Shown: positions 11,148 to 21,001 of the stretch, in pieces | Layout: each line of letters begins with the position of its first letter | Numbering within the stretch: the stretch's first letter is position 1 | Source of the DNA: Halodesulfurarchaeum sp. | GTDB taxonomy: Archaea > Halobacteriota > Halobacteria > Halobacteriales > Halobacteriaceae | Direction: 5' to 3' | DNA: 45,393 bases | Assembly (NCBI GenBank): GCA_046543215.1 | Contig: JBKGZU010000001.1 | Span: forward strand, 1 to 45,393 | The notes under the pieces: generated by a model | What the model was told of the DNA's origin: nothing | What the model saw: only the letters and a program-made list of their open reading frames with translations | Databases searched by the model: none | Made by a program: the position numbers and the translations under genes

Positions 11148-11426
11148 ATGTCAACCGAGCCCGTCGACGCCGAGGCCGTCGAGCGAGTCGCGACCCTCGC
11201 CCGCGTCGACCTGGACGAGGACGCAGTCGAGGACTTCGTCGAACAGTTCCGGGAAATTCTCGGCTACTTCGACACGCTCGAGGACGTCCCGGACGTCGAA
11301 TCCGAGCCCGAACTGGTCAACGTGATGCGCGCCGACGAGGTCGGGAAATCGCTCTCCCAGGAGGCGGCCCTGCAAAACGCCACCGAGAGCGAGGACGGCC
11401 GCTTCAAGGGGCCGCGGGTCTCATGA
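11148..11426 (+). CDS. gatC: Asp/Glu-tRNA amidotransferase subunit C
   Basis: VERVATLARVDL...NVMRADEV...FKGPRVS; ATGA overlap with gatA. Confidence 0.93.
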   Translation: MSTEPVDAEAVERVATLARVDLDEDAVEDFVEQFREILGYFDTLEDVPDVESEPELVNVMRADEVGKSLSQEAALQNATESEDGRFKGPRVS

Positions 11427-12739
11427 GCCACAACGCCTTCATCACCCGGACGGAGATCGAGGGCGAGGCGTCCGGGCCGCTCGCCGGACGGACAGTCGCC
11501 GTCAAGGACAACATCAGCACCGAAGGGGTCCGGACGACCTGTGGCTCGGAGATGCTCGAGGACTACGTGCCACCCTACGACGCGACCGTCGTCTCTCGGC
11601 TGAAGGAAGCTGGGGCAACGATCGTCGGGAAGACCAACATGGACGAGTTCGGGATGGGAACGACAACGGAGACCTCGGCGTTCGGGCCGACGAGCAATCC
11701 CGTCGACGAGGAGCGAGTCCCCGGGGGCTCCTCCGGCGGAAGTGCGGCAGCCGTCAAGAACGGCGAGGTCGATCTGGCTCTCGGAACCGACACGGGTGGC
11801 TCGATACGCTGTCCAGCGGCGTTCACGGGCACGGTCGGAATCAAACCCACCTACGGACTCGTCTCCCGGTACGGGCTGGTCGCGTACGCCAACAGTCTGG
11901 AACAGATCGGCCCGATCGCCGCCACGGTCGAGGACGCAGCCGAGCTGCTTTCGGTCATCGCGGGTCCGGACGAACGCGACGGCACGACACGCGAGGAGGG
12001 GGCGGACGTGGACTACGCGGCAGCCGCGGATGGCGACGTCGATGGCCTGACCGTCGGCGTCCCAACGGAACTGCTCGAGGGCAGCGACGACGTCGTCCGC
12101 GAACAGTTCGAAGCGGGGCTGGCCCGGCTCCGGGAGCAGGGAGCCGAGACGGTCGAGGTCGAACTGCCGTCGGTGGAGTACGCCGTCGCGGCCTACTACG
12201 TCATCGCGATGTCGGAGGCCTCCTCGAACCTGGCCCGGTTCGACGGCGTCCGCTTCGGGAAGTCCGGCGGGTTCGAGGGCAACTGGAACGAGTCGTTTTC
12301 GACGGGCCGCTCTGCGGGATTCGGCGAGGAGGTCATCCGCCGCATTCTCCTTGGGACCTTCGCGCTCTCGGAGGGCTACCACGACAAGTACTACAAGCAG
12401 GCCCAGGAGGCCCGGGCGTGGGTGAAACAGGACTTCGACGCGGCCTTCGAGCAGGCCGACGTCCTCGCAACGCCCACCATGCCGGTGCTTCCGCCGAAAC
12501 TCGGCGAAAGCCTGGACGACCCGCTCCAGATGTACCTCATCGACGCGAACACCGTGCCGGTGAACCTGGCAAACCTCCCGGCCATCTCGGTTCCCGTCGG
12601 GGACGGAGCGGAGCTGTCCGCCGGCGATGGGGCGGACCAGCCAGTTAGCAATGGGGCAGACCTCCCCGTCGGATTTCAGCTGATCGGACCAGCGTTCGGC
12701 GAAAAACGGATCATTCGCGCCGGGAGCGCGCTCGAATAG
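11423..12739 (+). CDS. gatA: Asp/Glu-tRNA amidotransferase subunit A
   Basis: AVKDNI, GKTNMDEFGMG, PGGSSGGSAAAV, GTDTGGSIRCPA, SSNLARFDG. Confidence 0.96.
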   Translation: MSHNAFITRTEIEGEASGPLAGRTVAVKDNISTEGVRTTCGSEMLEDYVPPYDATVVSRLKEAGATIVGKTNMDEFGMGTTTETSAFGPTSNPVDEERVPGGSSGGSAAAVKNGEVDLALGTDTGGSIRCPAAFTGTVGIKPTYGLVSRYGLVAYANSLEQIGPIAATVEDAAELLSVIAGPDERDGTTREEGADVDYAAAADGDVDGLTVGVPTELLEGSDDVVREQFEAGLARLREQGAETVEVELPSVEYAVAAYYVIAMSEASSNLARFDGVRFGKSGGFEGNWNESFSTGRSAGFGEEVIRRILLGTFALSEGYHDKYYKQAQEARAWVKQDFDAAFEQADVLATPTMPVLPPKLGESLDDPLQMYLIDANTVPVNLANLPAISVPVGDGAELSAGDGADQPVSNGADLPVGFQLIGPAFGEKRIIRAGSALE

Positions 12740-12766
12740 GGATCGTCTCCGACAGCAGGTACCTGG

Positions 12767-13123
12767 TTACTCCTCGTAGACGAGGTTCATGATCCACTGG
12801 GAGAGCCGGTCCGATTCCGGATCGATGTTCTCCTCGCCGACGAATGGCGAGAGCATGTCACCGGCCATCAGGAGCGAAAAGTCGAGATCCTCCTCGATCA
12901 CCACGGGTTCGAGTCGATAGGTCTTGTTGCCGTTGTGGACCGCTTCTTCGCGCTCGATCAGCCCGGCTTCTTCGAGTTTGGACGCCAGTCGACTCCCCTT
13001 TCGCGAGGAGACGTCCAGTTCCTTCCAGAAATCGGATTGATGGATGGCGCCTCGCTCGCGGACGAGTTCGAGTGCGCGTCGCTCGTCCTCGGAGAGGTCG
13101 GCCTCGGTGGGTTCCCCGCTCAT
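12767..13123 (-). CDS. Winged-helix HTH protein (MarR-like)
   Basis: IHQSDFWKELDVSSRKGSRLASKLEEAGLIERE. Confidence 0.8.
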   Translation of the reverse strand: MSGEPTEADLSEDERRALELVRERGAIHQSDFWKELDVSSRKGSRLASKLEEAGLIEREEAVHNGNKTYRLEPVVIEEDLDFSLLMAGDMLSPFVGEENIDPESDRLSQWIMNLVYEE

Positions 13124-13234
13124 TGGTTAGTACTCCCGGCGAACGCATTTAACGTTTCATTCTTGGGGGCGGGGGCAAGGGCCGTGGCGTTTCGAGTCTG
13201 CTTCGGCCGCGAACCTCGCTCAGGGGCCGCCACG

Positions 13235-14749
13235 TTACTGAAACCGGCCACCACGTTCCCGAAACCGGCCGCCAGAATCGCGGAACTGGTCCCGGAGCGC
13301 CTCCCGGTCGACGGTACCGGAGGCGGTTCGCGGAAGTGCCTCGACGACCCGGACGGTTTTGGGGAGCTTGTATCCTGCCAGTCGGTCCTGGAGTCGGTCC
13401 CGGATCGACTCGAGGGCCATCGACGCTTCCGCCTCGCCAGTCGTGGGGACGATCGCCGCTGCGACGCGCTCGCCCCACTCCGGATCGTCGAGCCCCAGGA
13501 CGGCGACGGCGGCGACGTCCTCCAGCTCCCGGATCGCTGCTTCGACCTCGCGGGGCGAGACGTTCTCCCCGCCGGTCACGATCAGGTCGTCGATCCGACC
13601 GGTGACGAACAGTCGCTCTGCGGCGGTCAGATAGCCACGGTCGCCCGTCCGAAGGGGTTCATCCGGTGACCGCTCGGTGCCGTCGATGGAACCCGGACTG
13701 ACGATCGGTCCGGAGACGGTGATTTCACCCACGGTCCTCGCGTCGACCGGGCTGTCCTCCTCGCCGCGAATCGAAATCGTCGCGGCCCGGACGGGTCGGC
13801 CGACTGTTTTCGGATCAGCTTCGAGTTCTCGCGGCGTGGCCGTGGCGATACCCGAGGCGGTCTCGGTCATCCCGTAACTCGCGAAAATCGGAACGGCAGC
13901 ATCGAGAGCGCGCCTGACGAGCGAGGGGGGTGTGGCAGCACCGCCGACCAGGGCAAAGCGAAGCCCGGCTGTCAGCCCGGGACCGTCGAGCAGGCGCTCG
14001 AGCATCGTCGGGACGAGGGAGACCCCGGTCACGTCGAACGCGGCCATCGTTCGACCCGTTTCCGCGGCGTCGAAGGCGGATCGGACGACGGTCGTCGCAC
14101 CGAGCATCGCGGTCCGGATCGGGATCGAGAGTCCGCCCGCGTGGTAGATGGGGAGATCGAGCAGCCATCGGTCCGTTCGCGTGGCGCCCACTCGCTCGAC
14201 GGTCGAGGCGGCACTCGCACCGAGATTGCGGCCCGTCAGCCGAACTCCCGTCGGTTCCCCGGTCGTGCCGGAGGTGAACAGCACGACCCGTGTTCGGTCG
14301 ATGTCTCGCCGCGTCGAGAAGTGGGTGTCTTTGCCCTCTCGCGCAGCTGGAGGTCCCTGCCCGGTTTGGTCATCGAGTCGGATCGGGCGAAAATCGGCCA
14401 GGCTGCCTGCCTCGAAACCCGCCTCGCCGTCGCTCGCAGTCAGACAGGTCTTCACGCCGGCTCGCTCGCATCGGGACCGTATTTCGGACGCTGGTTCCGC
14501 CGGATTCAGTGGCACGAGGGTTGCTCCGGCCCGAAACCCGCCCCAGATGGCCGCGATTGCTACAGGGTTTCTGGGCAGGAGCAGGCCGACCCGGTCCCCC
14601 GCGGTGGCCCCCTGCTCGACCAGCCTCGTTCCAATCCGGCTGGCCCAGCCGTCCAATTGTTCGTACGTCCAGCTATCGCCGGATTCGGCGTCGATCAGTG
14701 CGGTTCGGTCGGGACGGAGTCGTGCCGCTCGCCGGAGGTATTCATCCAT
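13235..14749 (-). CDS. menE: O-succinylbenzoate-CoA ligase
   Basis: FTSGTTG, YGMTET, TGDRG, GRIDDLIVTGGENV, LPRTASG; last gene of the men cluster. Confidence 0.88.
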   Translation of the reverse strand: MDEYLRRAARLRPDRTALIDAESGDSWTYEQLDGWASRIGTRLVEQGATAGDRVGLLLPRNPVAIAAIWGGFRAGATLVPLNPAEPASEIRSRCERAGVKTCLTASDGEAGFEAGSLADFRPIRLDDQTGQGPPAAREGKDTHFSTRRDIDRTRVVLFTSGTTGEPTGVRLTGRNLGASAASTVERVGATRTDRWLLDLPIYHAGGLSIPIRTAMLGATTVVRSAFDAAETGRTMAAFDVTGVSLVPTMLERLLDGPGLTAGLRFALVGGAATPPSLVRRALDAAVPIFASYGMTETASGIATATPRELEADPKTVGRPVRAATISIRGEEDSPVDARTVGEITVSGPIVSPGSIDGTERSPDEPLRTGDRGYLTAAERLFVTGRIDDLIVTGGENVSPREVEAAIRELEDVAAVAVLGLDDPEWGERVAAAIVPTTGEAEASMALESIRDRLQDRLAGYKLPKTVRVVEALPRTASGTVDREALRDQFRDSGGRFRERGGRFQ

Positions 14750-15797
14750 CCCCGATCACCTCCGCTACGCCGAGCCCCGGCACAGCGGGCGGGACGATCG
14801 AGCCGTTTCGAACCGGTGCCGGGTCCGGTCCGAGATCCGTCACGAAGCGGTCGCCCGTCGCCAGGCCGCCGGGTGGCAGGTCCGGGAGCGATGCAGCGAG
14901 GTGGATGGCTCCCGTTCGGCCCACCACGCTCTCGAAGATCGAGGTCACGACCGCCTCGGCGCTCGCCTGGTGGATCTGGGCGACCAGCACGCGGGCGACG
15001 TCGACCCCGCCCAGAGCCATCGGCTTCAGGACGAAGACGTCCGCGGCGTCTGCTTCGAGCAGTCGGGTAACGCCAGCGTCCGTCAGGCTCTCGTCGAGCC
15101 CGATCGGGGTCCCCATCGTTCGCAACTCGGCGTGAGCTGTCCCCTCCTCGGAAGCGAGTGGCTGCTCGAGGTATGCCAGCTCCAGCGGTTCGGCTTCGAC
15201 CAGGAACGAACGGGCCTCGGCCAACTCCCAGGCCCCGTTCGCGTCGGCCCGCAACACGATCTCGTCACCGACCCGGTCACGGACCGCACGTAACCGGTCG
15301 AGATCGCGGTCGACGCCCTTCTTGCCCACTTTGACCTTGACGGTCTGGAAGCCATTCGCCTGGGCAGTCGCTGCGGCCGTGGCCGTCGCTTTCGGCGAGC
15401 CGTCGCCGACCGTCGCGTTGACGGGGACCGAGTCGACTGGCTCGCCGCCGAGGAACCGATAGAGTGGAACCCCGGCTTTTCGTGCTTCCCGATCCAGGTG
15501 CGCCAGCGAAACGGCGTGTCTCGCGGCCGGGAACTGCAATCGACCGTCCGTGGCCGCCGAGACGACACTGAGAGCCCCCTGCCAGCCGTCCCGCTCGAAT
15601 GCCTCGGCAGCCCGCTCGAGGGCGCGTCGACTGGCCGCGAACGACTCCGTGAACGGCTGGAGTGGCGCCGAATCCCCGATACCCGGCGGATCCGATCCGG
15701 CCCGAAACAGCAGGCCGCATCGCGTTTCGATGGTTTCACGGCCCGTCCGGAGAGGTGGGTCGAGTCCCAACTCGTAGGGTTCCACGATCGCGGTCAT
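14742..15797 (-). CDS. menC: O-succinylbenzoate synthase (enolase superfamily)
   Basis: KVKVG, RADANG, LEQPL, LDES, LKPM; ATG 15797 overlaps the menA stop. Confidence 0.88.
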   Translation of the reverse strand: MTAIVEPYELGLDPPLRTGRETIETRCGLLFRAGSDPPGIGDSAPLQPFTESFAASRRALERAAEAFERDGWQGALSVVSAATDGRLQFPAARHAVSLAHLDREARKAGVPLYRFLGGEPVDSVPVNATVGDGSPKATATAAATAQANGFQTVKVKVGKKGVDRDLDRLRAVRDRVGDEIVLRADANGAWELAEARSFLVEAEPLELAYLEQPLASEEGTAHAELRTMGTPIGLDESLTDAGVTRLLEADAADVFVLKPMALGGVDVARVLVAQIHQASAEAVVTSIFESVVGRTGAIHLAASLPDLPPGGLATGDRFVTDLGPDPAPVRNGSIVPPAVPGLGVAEVIGDG

Positions 15798-16792
15798 ACC
15801 ACCAACCCGATTGCGAAGAGGGCCCCGAAGGCGGCGACGAGCTGGCCGGTCCGCTCGAGTGCGGGATTGAGCTCGGCGGTGTTCCGGCCGGTCAGCACCT
15901 TTCGAGTCGCCGAAACGGCAAGCGGCAGGCTCAGGAACGGCAGCAACACGGCGAGGCCGACGTCCTGGGTGGCGAAAAACCACACCGGTACTGCGTAGGC
16001 CAGCACGGTCAAGAGGACGTACTCGACTCGACTCCAGCGATAGCCGAGGCGGACGGCGAGCGTCCGTTTTCCGGCCGCCCGGTCGTCCTCGATGTCTCGG
16101 ATGTTGTTCACGACCAGAATGTTCGTCACCGGGCCGGCCATGGCGAGGCTCGCAACGAGCACCGAAAGGGGGAGCGTCTCCGGGGGAACTCCCAGCGGGA
16201 TTTTGTCCAGCAGGACGGCCGAGGCCTGCACGTAGTACGTGCCCGAGACCGCGATGACGCCGAAAAAGAGGAAGACGAAGAGATCGCCGAGCGCGTGGGA
16301 GCCGATCGGGTAGGGCCCACCGGAGTACGCGAAGCCGCTCGCGATGCTCGCGAGGCCGACGATCACGATCGGGACACCGCCGATCGAAACCAGATAGATC
16401 CCGATGAGGAAGGCAAGCCCGTAGAGGAGCACTGCCGCGGCGAAGACGCGGCGAGCGGGAATCAGTCCGGACTGACTGACTCGCACGTACCCGGCGGAGC
16501 CCTCGGAGTCGACCCCCTTCGCGTAGTCGTAGTAGTCATTCGAGAGGTCGGTTCCCGTCTGGAGCAAGAGCGCACCGAGGAGCGCGGCGACGGCCGGGAG
16601 CGGCGCGAACACGCCGTCGTGGACGGCGAGCCCCATCCCGACGATCACCGGCGCGGCACCCGCTGGTTTCACGTGTGGACGCGCGGCGATCATCCAGGCA
16701 CGCCACCGGGGGATGTCCCCCGGTCTGGAGCTGTCCGCTCCTCCCGATCCCGTCGTGGCCGGTTCGGCGGGCCGATCCGAGTGTTCGCTCAT
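15794..16792 (-). CDS. menA: 1,4-dihydroxy-2-naphthoate polyprenyltransferase
   Basis: AARP, NDYYDYAKGVD, YSGGPYP, NNIRDIEDDRAAGKRTLAVRLG. Confidence 0.93.
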   Translation of the reverse strand: MSEHSDRPAEPATTGSGGADSSRPGDIPRWRAWMIAARPHVKPAGAAPVIVGMGLAVHDGVFAPLPAVAALLGALLLQTGTDLSNDYYDYAKGVDSEGSAGYVRVSQSGLIPARRVFAAAVLLYGLAFLIGIYLVSIGGVPIVIVGLASIASGFAYSGGPYPIGSHALGDLFVFLFFGVIAVSGTYYVQASAVLLDKIPLGVPPETLPLSVLVASLAMAGPVTNILVVNNIRDIEDDRAAGKRTLAVRLGYRWSRVEYVLLTVLAYAVPVWFFATQDVGLAVLLPFLSLPLAVSATRKVLTGRNTAELNPALERTGQLVAAFGALFAIGLVV

Positions 16793-16793
16793 T

Positions 16794-17684
16794 TCAGTAG
16801 TGCCACGGGAACTCCTCGAAGGCCGGCTCTCGCTTTTCGAGGAAGGCGTCTCGGCCCTCCGCGGCCTCCTCGGTCATGTATGCGAGCCGTGTCGCCTCGC
16901 CCGAGAACACCTGCTGGCCGATCAGGCCGTCGTCGATTCCGTTGAAGGCGTACTTGAGCATCCGGATCGAGGTCGGGCTCTTCTGCGAAATCGTCTCGGC
17001 CATCTCGAGTGCACGGGCTTCGAGTTCCTCGTGGGGCACGACCTCGTTGACCATGCCCATGTCGGCGGCGGTCGCCGCGTCGTAGGTCTTGCCGAGGAAG
17101 AAGATCTCCCGGGCCTTCTTCTGGCCGATCTGCCTGGCGAGATACGCCGAGCCGAAGCCCCCGTCGAAACTCGCCACGTCCGGGTCGGTCTGCTTGAACT
17201 TCGCCTCCTCTTCGCTGGCGACGGTGAGGTCACAGACCGCGTGGAGGCTGTGGCCGCCGCCGACGGCCCAGCCCGGAACGACCGCGATCACCGGTTTGGG
17301 GAGGTGTCGGATCTGGCGCTGCACCTCGAGAATGTGGAGCCGACCGGTGGTGCTCGCGGTCGATTCGTCGGTTTCGTCGTAGGCATACCCGTCCGCCGAG
17401 CGGACGGATTGATCGCCACCGGCCGAAAACGCCCACCCGCCGTCGTCCGGTGACGGGCCGTTGCCGGTCAAAAGGACCGCTCCCACGTCGGTCTGGCGTT
17501 TCGCGTGGTCGAAGGCCGTCGAGAGTTCGTCCACCGTCTTGGGGCGGAAGGCGTTCCTGATCGCCGGCCGATCGAAGGCGATGCGGACGGCCCCCACCTC
17601 CGTCGCCCGGTGGTACGTGATGTCCGAAAAGTCGAATCCGGAAACGGCGGTCCACCGATCCGGATCGAAGAGCGTCGAGACCAT
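16794..17684 (-). CDS. menB: 1,4-dihydroxy-2-naphthoyl-CoA synthase
   Basis: RNAFRPKTV, FSAGGDQ, GWAVGGGHSLH, VASFDGGFG, EGRDAFLEKR; ATG at 17684. Confidence 0.96.
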   Translation of the reverse strand: MVSTLFDPDRWTAVSGFDFSDITYHRATEVGAVRIAFDRPAIRNAFRPKTVDELSTAFDHAKRQTDVGAVLLTGNGPSPDDGGWAFSAGGDQSVRSADGYAYDETDESTASTTGRLHILEVQRQIRHLPKPVIAVVPGWAVGGGHSLHAVCDLTVASEEEAKFKQTDPDVASFDGGFGSAYLARQIGQKKAREIFFLGKTYDAATAADMGMVNEVVPHEELEARALEMAETISQKSPTSIRMLKYAFNGIDDGLIGQQVFSGEATRLAYMTEEAAEGRDAFLEKREPAFEEFPWHY

Positions 17685-17751
17685 TACCTTGGAGGAACAC
17701 CGCGGCCTAAAAAAGACTCCCGCTGTTCCCGTCCGGGGCCCAGTGGTGGAT

Positions 17752-19551
17752 TCAGCCGGCCCAGTCGCCGGATTCGAGGCGTTCGCCCACCGTTTCGCGA
17801 ACCGAATCCCGGAGCCTGTGGCTCCGTTCCGCGTCAGTTCGGACTTCGAGAACCTGCGTTCCCGGAGCGATGGTGCTCTTCGCGACTGACTCCTCGACAT
17901 CCCCTGGCTCGATGGTCTCGAAGTCGAGCTCGTAAAGGGCCTCCGTCGCGGCGAAGTCGAGCCCGTGTGGGGTCTTGAACTGGTCCTCGAACGGCGGATC
18001 GAAGTCCGCGATCGGGAGTTTGTGGAAGATCCCGCCGCCGTCGTTGTTGACGAGGACGACGGTCGCATCGAGATCGAACCGACCGAGCGCGACCAGGCCG
18101 TTCAGGTCGTGGAAGTACGCGAGGTCGCCGGTCACGGCAACGAGTGGGTCCTCGGTGACACTTCCCGCCCCGAGGGCTGTGCTCGTGATTCCGTCGATGC
18201 CGCTTGCACCCCGGTTCCCGAGCACGGTTAGCCCGGTTTCGCTCGGCTGTCCGAACCGGTCCAGGTCCCGGACGGGCATGCTGTTCGAGACGAAGAGCGT
18301 CGACGGGTCGGGGGCGGCCCGAGTCACCTGACCCAGGACGGCCCCTTCCCACGCGGAATCTCCCACCGTTGCAACAGTCTCCCAGTGGGTGGTTTCGGCC
18401 CGTGCGAATCGCGCTTGCCATGATTCGGCCGTCGCGGTTTCCAGTGACCCGAGCCCACTCACCAGCGGAACCACCGAGGCCTGGACGTGGTCCGTCGTCG
18501 TGAAGGTCGCCTCCCGCCAGCCACCCGCCGGGTCGACGAGGAACTGTCGTGCTGCCCGGTCGCGGAGGTAGTGTCTGAGCGGTTTCGAGGTCGGGGATGC
18601 CCCGAATCGAATCACCAGATCGGGGTCGGGCCACGCTGTCGTCCCTGCTGTTCCCAGATACCCGTCGTAACCGCCACGGACGGGTGTGTCCGGGACGTGA
18701 TCGCCGAAGCGGAGATTCGAAAGCGGATCGGCCAGCAGCGGGAACCCGGTCTGCCGGGCCAGGCTCGCAATCGCGGCCGTCCGGTCGGGATCGGGGGCGA
18801 GCGGCCCGGCAACGATCAATCCCCGCGCTGCGGATTCGATCGCCGATCGCATGGATTCGATTGCCGACGCGGACGGACTGACGATCCCGGGATTGGTTTT
18901 CACGAACGGACTTTCGCGGTCGGAGGGCGCGGCCCCTGCTTCTCGGTCGGTGTCGTTCCCGATCGCCGTTTCAGTCGCCGCGATCGATTCTTGCGCCGCC
19001 GGGTTTTCGACCGGTGCCAGCGGTTTCCTGAGGGGCACGTTGAGATGCACTGGCCCGGGGTCGGGTGGCCCGGCGGCGGCCAGCGCGCGGGCCACCGTCG
19101 TTCGAAGCGAGCGGAGGGTCCGTGGTTTCGCCTCGGGGGTGGGAAGCGTCCTGGCGAAGCGGGTCGTGTCTCCGTACAGGTCGGTCTGCTCGATCGTCTG
19201 ATTGGCACCGCTGTCCTGCAGTTCCGGCGGTCTGTCGGCGGTGAGGACGACGAGTGGGGTGCGGGATTGGTGGGCCTCAACGACGGCCGGGTGGAAGTTC
19301 ACGGCGCCGGTGCCCGAGGTCGAGACGAGCGCGGCGGGGCGTCCCGACCGCTTGCCGTATCCCAGCGCGAAGAAGCCGGCCGATCGTTCGTCGAGGTGGG
19401 TGTTCGTCTCGATGCCACGCTCCTCGGCCGCGGCGACGGTGAGCGGGGTCGACCTGCTGCCCGGCGCGACGACGACCCTGGAGAGTCCTCCAGCTTCCAG
19501 TTCCTCGATGATGGCCCGGGCCCAGAGCGTGCTCACGTTCGGGGCGCTCAT
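17752..19551 (-). CDS. menD: SEPHCHC synthase (TPP-dependent)
   Basis: PGSRSTPL, DERSAGFFALG, TADRPPEL, GANQTI, NSMPVRD, NRGASGIDG, NNDGGGIF. Confidence 0.96.
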   Translation of the reverse strand: MSAPNVSTLWARAIIEELEAGGLSRVVVAPGSRSTPLTVAAAEERGIETNTHLDERSAGFFALGYGKRSGRPAALVSTSGTGAVNFHPAVVEAHQSRTPLVVLTADRPPELQDSGANQTIEQTDLYGDTTRFARTLPTPEAKPRTLRSLRTTVARALAAAGPPDPGPVHLNVPLRKPLAPVENPAAQESIAATETAIGNDTDREAGAAPSDRESPFVKTNPGIVSPSASAIESMRSAIESAARGLIVAGPLAPDPDRTAAIASLARQTGFPLLADPLSNLRFGDHVPDTPVRGGYDGYLGTAGTTAWPDPDLVIRFGASPTSKPLRHYLRDRAARQFLVDPAGGWREATFTTTDHVQASVVPLVSGLGSLETATAESWQARFARAETTHWETVATVGDSAWEGAVLGQVTRAAPDPSTLFVSNSMPVRDLDRFGQPSETGLTVLGNRGASGIDGITSTALGAGSVTEDPLVAVTGDLAYFHDLNGLVALGRFDLDATVVLVNNDGGGIFHKLPIADFDPPFEDQFKTPHGLDFAATEALYELDFETIEPGDVEESVAKSTIAPGTQVLEVRTDAERSHRLRDSVRETVGERLESGDWAG

Positions 19552-20942
19552 TCGAGTACCTCCCTGATCGGTTCGAACTTCGCCTCGAGTTCCCGCCACT
19601 CCGTTTCGGGATCGCTCCCGGCCACGATCCCGTTTCCGGCAAAGAGTGTCGCTCGACCGGCCGCGACTAGCGCCGACCTGATCCCGACCGCGAAGGTCCC
19701 GTCACCCGCGGCGTCGAACCAGCCGACTGGGGCCCCATACCAGCCGCGGACGGTCGTCTCGATGTCGGCGATGGTTTCGCGGGCCTTCTCCCTCGGCAGT
19801 CCACCGAGCGCCGGCGTCGGGTGGAGGGAGGCCACGATGTCGAGGACGTGTACGTTCGGCGGGAGCGACGCCCTGATCGGGGTGCGGAGGTGGTGCACGT
19901 TCGCGAGGGTCTGGATCTCGCGCTCGCCGACTGTCACCTCGGCTCCGAGGCCGTTCAGCTGGTCGGTGATTTGGGTTGCGACGAGTTCGTGCTCTCTGGC
20001 GAGCGTCTCGTCGTCGCTGAGCCGCTCGATCTGCCGTTCGTCGAGGGTCGGATCCTCGCCGCGCTCGACCGTTCCCGCCAGGGCCTCCGTTTCGATGGCC
20101 GTTTCCCGCTTTTCGACGAGGCGTTCCGGTGAGGCGCCGAAGAACGAGGCTCCCTCCGGGTCGGTCGGGTCCGCGCGCGGGCCGGCGAAACTAAACCGGT
20201 AACAGTCCGGATAGCGGGATTCGAGGGCGGCGAGGACCGATCCGAGGTCCAGGTCGGGAGCGCGGTCGAGTTCGTAGGCGGCAGACAGGACGACTTTCTT
20301 TAGGTCACTGTCTCGGATCGTGTCCCGTACCGTCCGGACTCGCTCGGTCCAGGCCGACCGTTCAGCGGTGAGCCCGACCGGTTCGGCCGACTGCGAGTCG
20401 GAACCGGGCGAGGTTGGACGGCTGGCGTGACGGTCCGACGCGTCGGTCCGGGTGGCAGCCACCTCTTCGGCGTTTTCCCGGGCCGTTTCGAGAGATTCGA
20501 TCGCCTGTCCCAGCCGATCGGCCGGTTCGTCGCCGAGGCTGGTGACCCAGGTTCGATCCCGATCGAGGGTCACCTGTATCGCCGGCAGCACGAAGCCTGC
20601 AGGTTCGAAGTCGGTCCACGGGGGATCGAGCGTCTCCTCGTCGAAAAAGGAAAAGCCGCCGAAGAGACGCGGTCTCGCCGGTCGTGGAACTCCCTGGTGA
20701 TCGAGGGCTGCGTACAGCGCGTCTGCGCGACGTTTGACGGTGCGGAACCGGCTCGGTCCCGATCCGGTGACGGTCGCGGCCCGACCGGAAGCGATGACCG
20801 GCGGCTCGTCCGGTTCCGCCCAGATGGCCGTGATCGGAGAGAGCGCCTCGATCGCCTCGGGCAGGGAAACGGGCGCCGTTTCACCGACTGCCGTCTCGAT
20901 CGAACGGTTTCGCGTGCCCGGCTCGGTTACGTCCTTGGCCAT
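19548..20942 (-). CDS. menF: Isochorismate synthase
   Basis: KVVLS, FFGASPERL, ALAGT, HPTPALGG, RGWYGAPVGW, FAVGIRS, FAGNGIV; start at ATG 20942 is inferred. Confidence 0.92.
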   Translation of the reverse strand: MAKDVTEPGTRNRSIETAVGETAPVSLPEAIEALSPITAIWAEPDEPPVIASGRAATVTGSGPSRFRTVKRRADALYAALDHQGVPRPARPRLFGGFSFFDEETLDPPWTDFEPAGFVLPAIQVTLDRDRTWVTSLGDEPADRLGQAIESLETARENAEEVAATRTDASDRHASRPTSPGSDSQSAEPVGLTAERSAWTERVRTVRDTIRDSDLKKVVLSAAYELDRAPDLDLGSVLAALESRYPDCYRFSFAGPRADPTDPEGASFFGASPERLVEKRETAIETEALAGTVERGEDPTLDERQIERLSDDETLAREHELVATQITDQLNGLGAEVTVGEREIQTLANVHHLRTPIRASLPPNVHVLDIVASLHPTPALGGLPREKARETIADIETTVRGWYGAPVGWFDAAGDGTFAVGIRSALVAAGRATLFAGNGIVAGSDPETEWRELEAKFEPIREVLE

Positions 20943-21001
20943 TGTGTGAGTTCCGTCGTCCTCGTTTGTGCTCCTCCGGTCGATTCCTCGCGCTCCATGT
21001 C

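Noticed and set aside
18487-20202. 571-aa plus-strand ORF
   Set aside because: Antisense to menD and menF; no recognisable domain.
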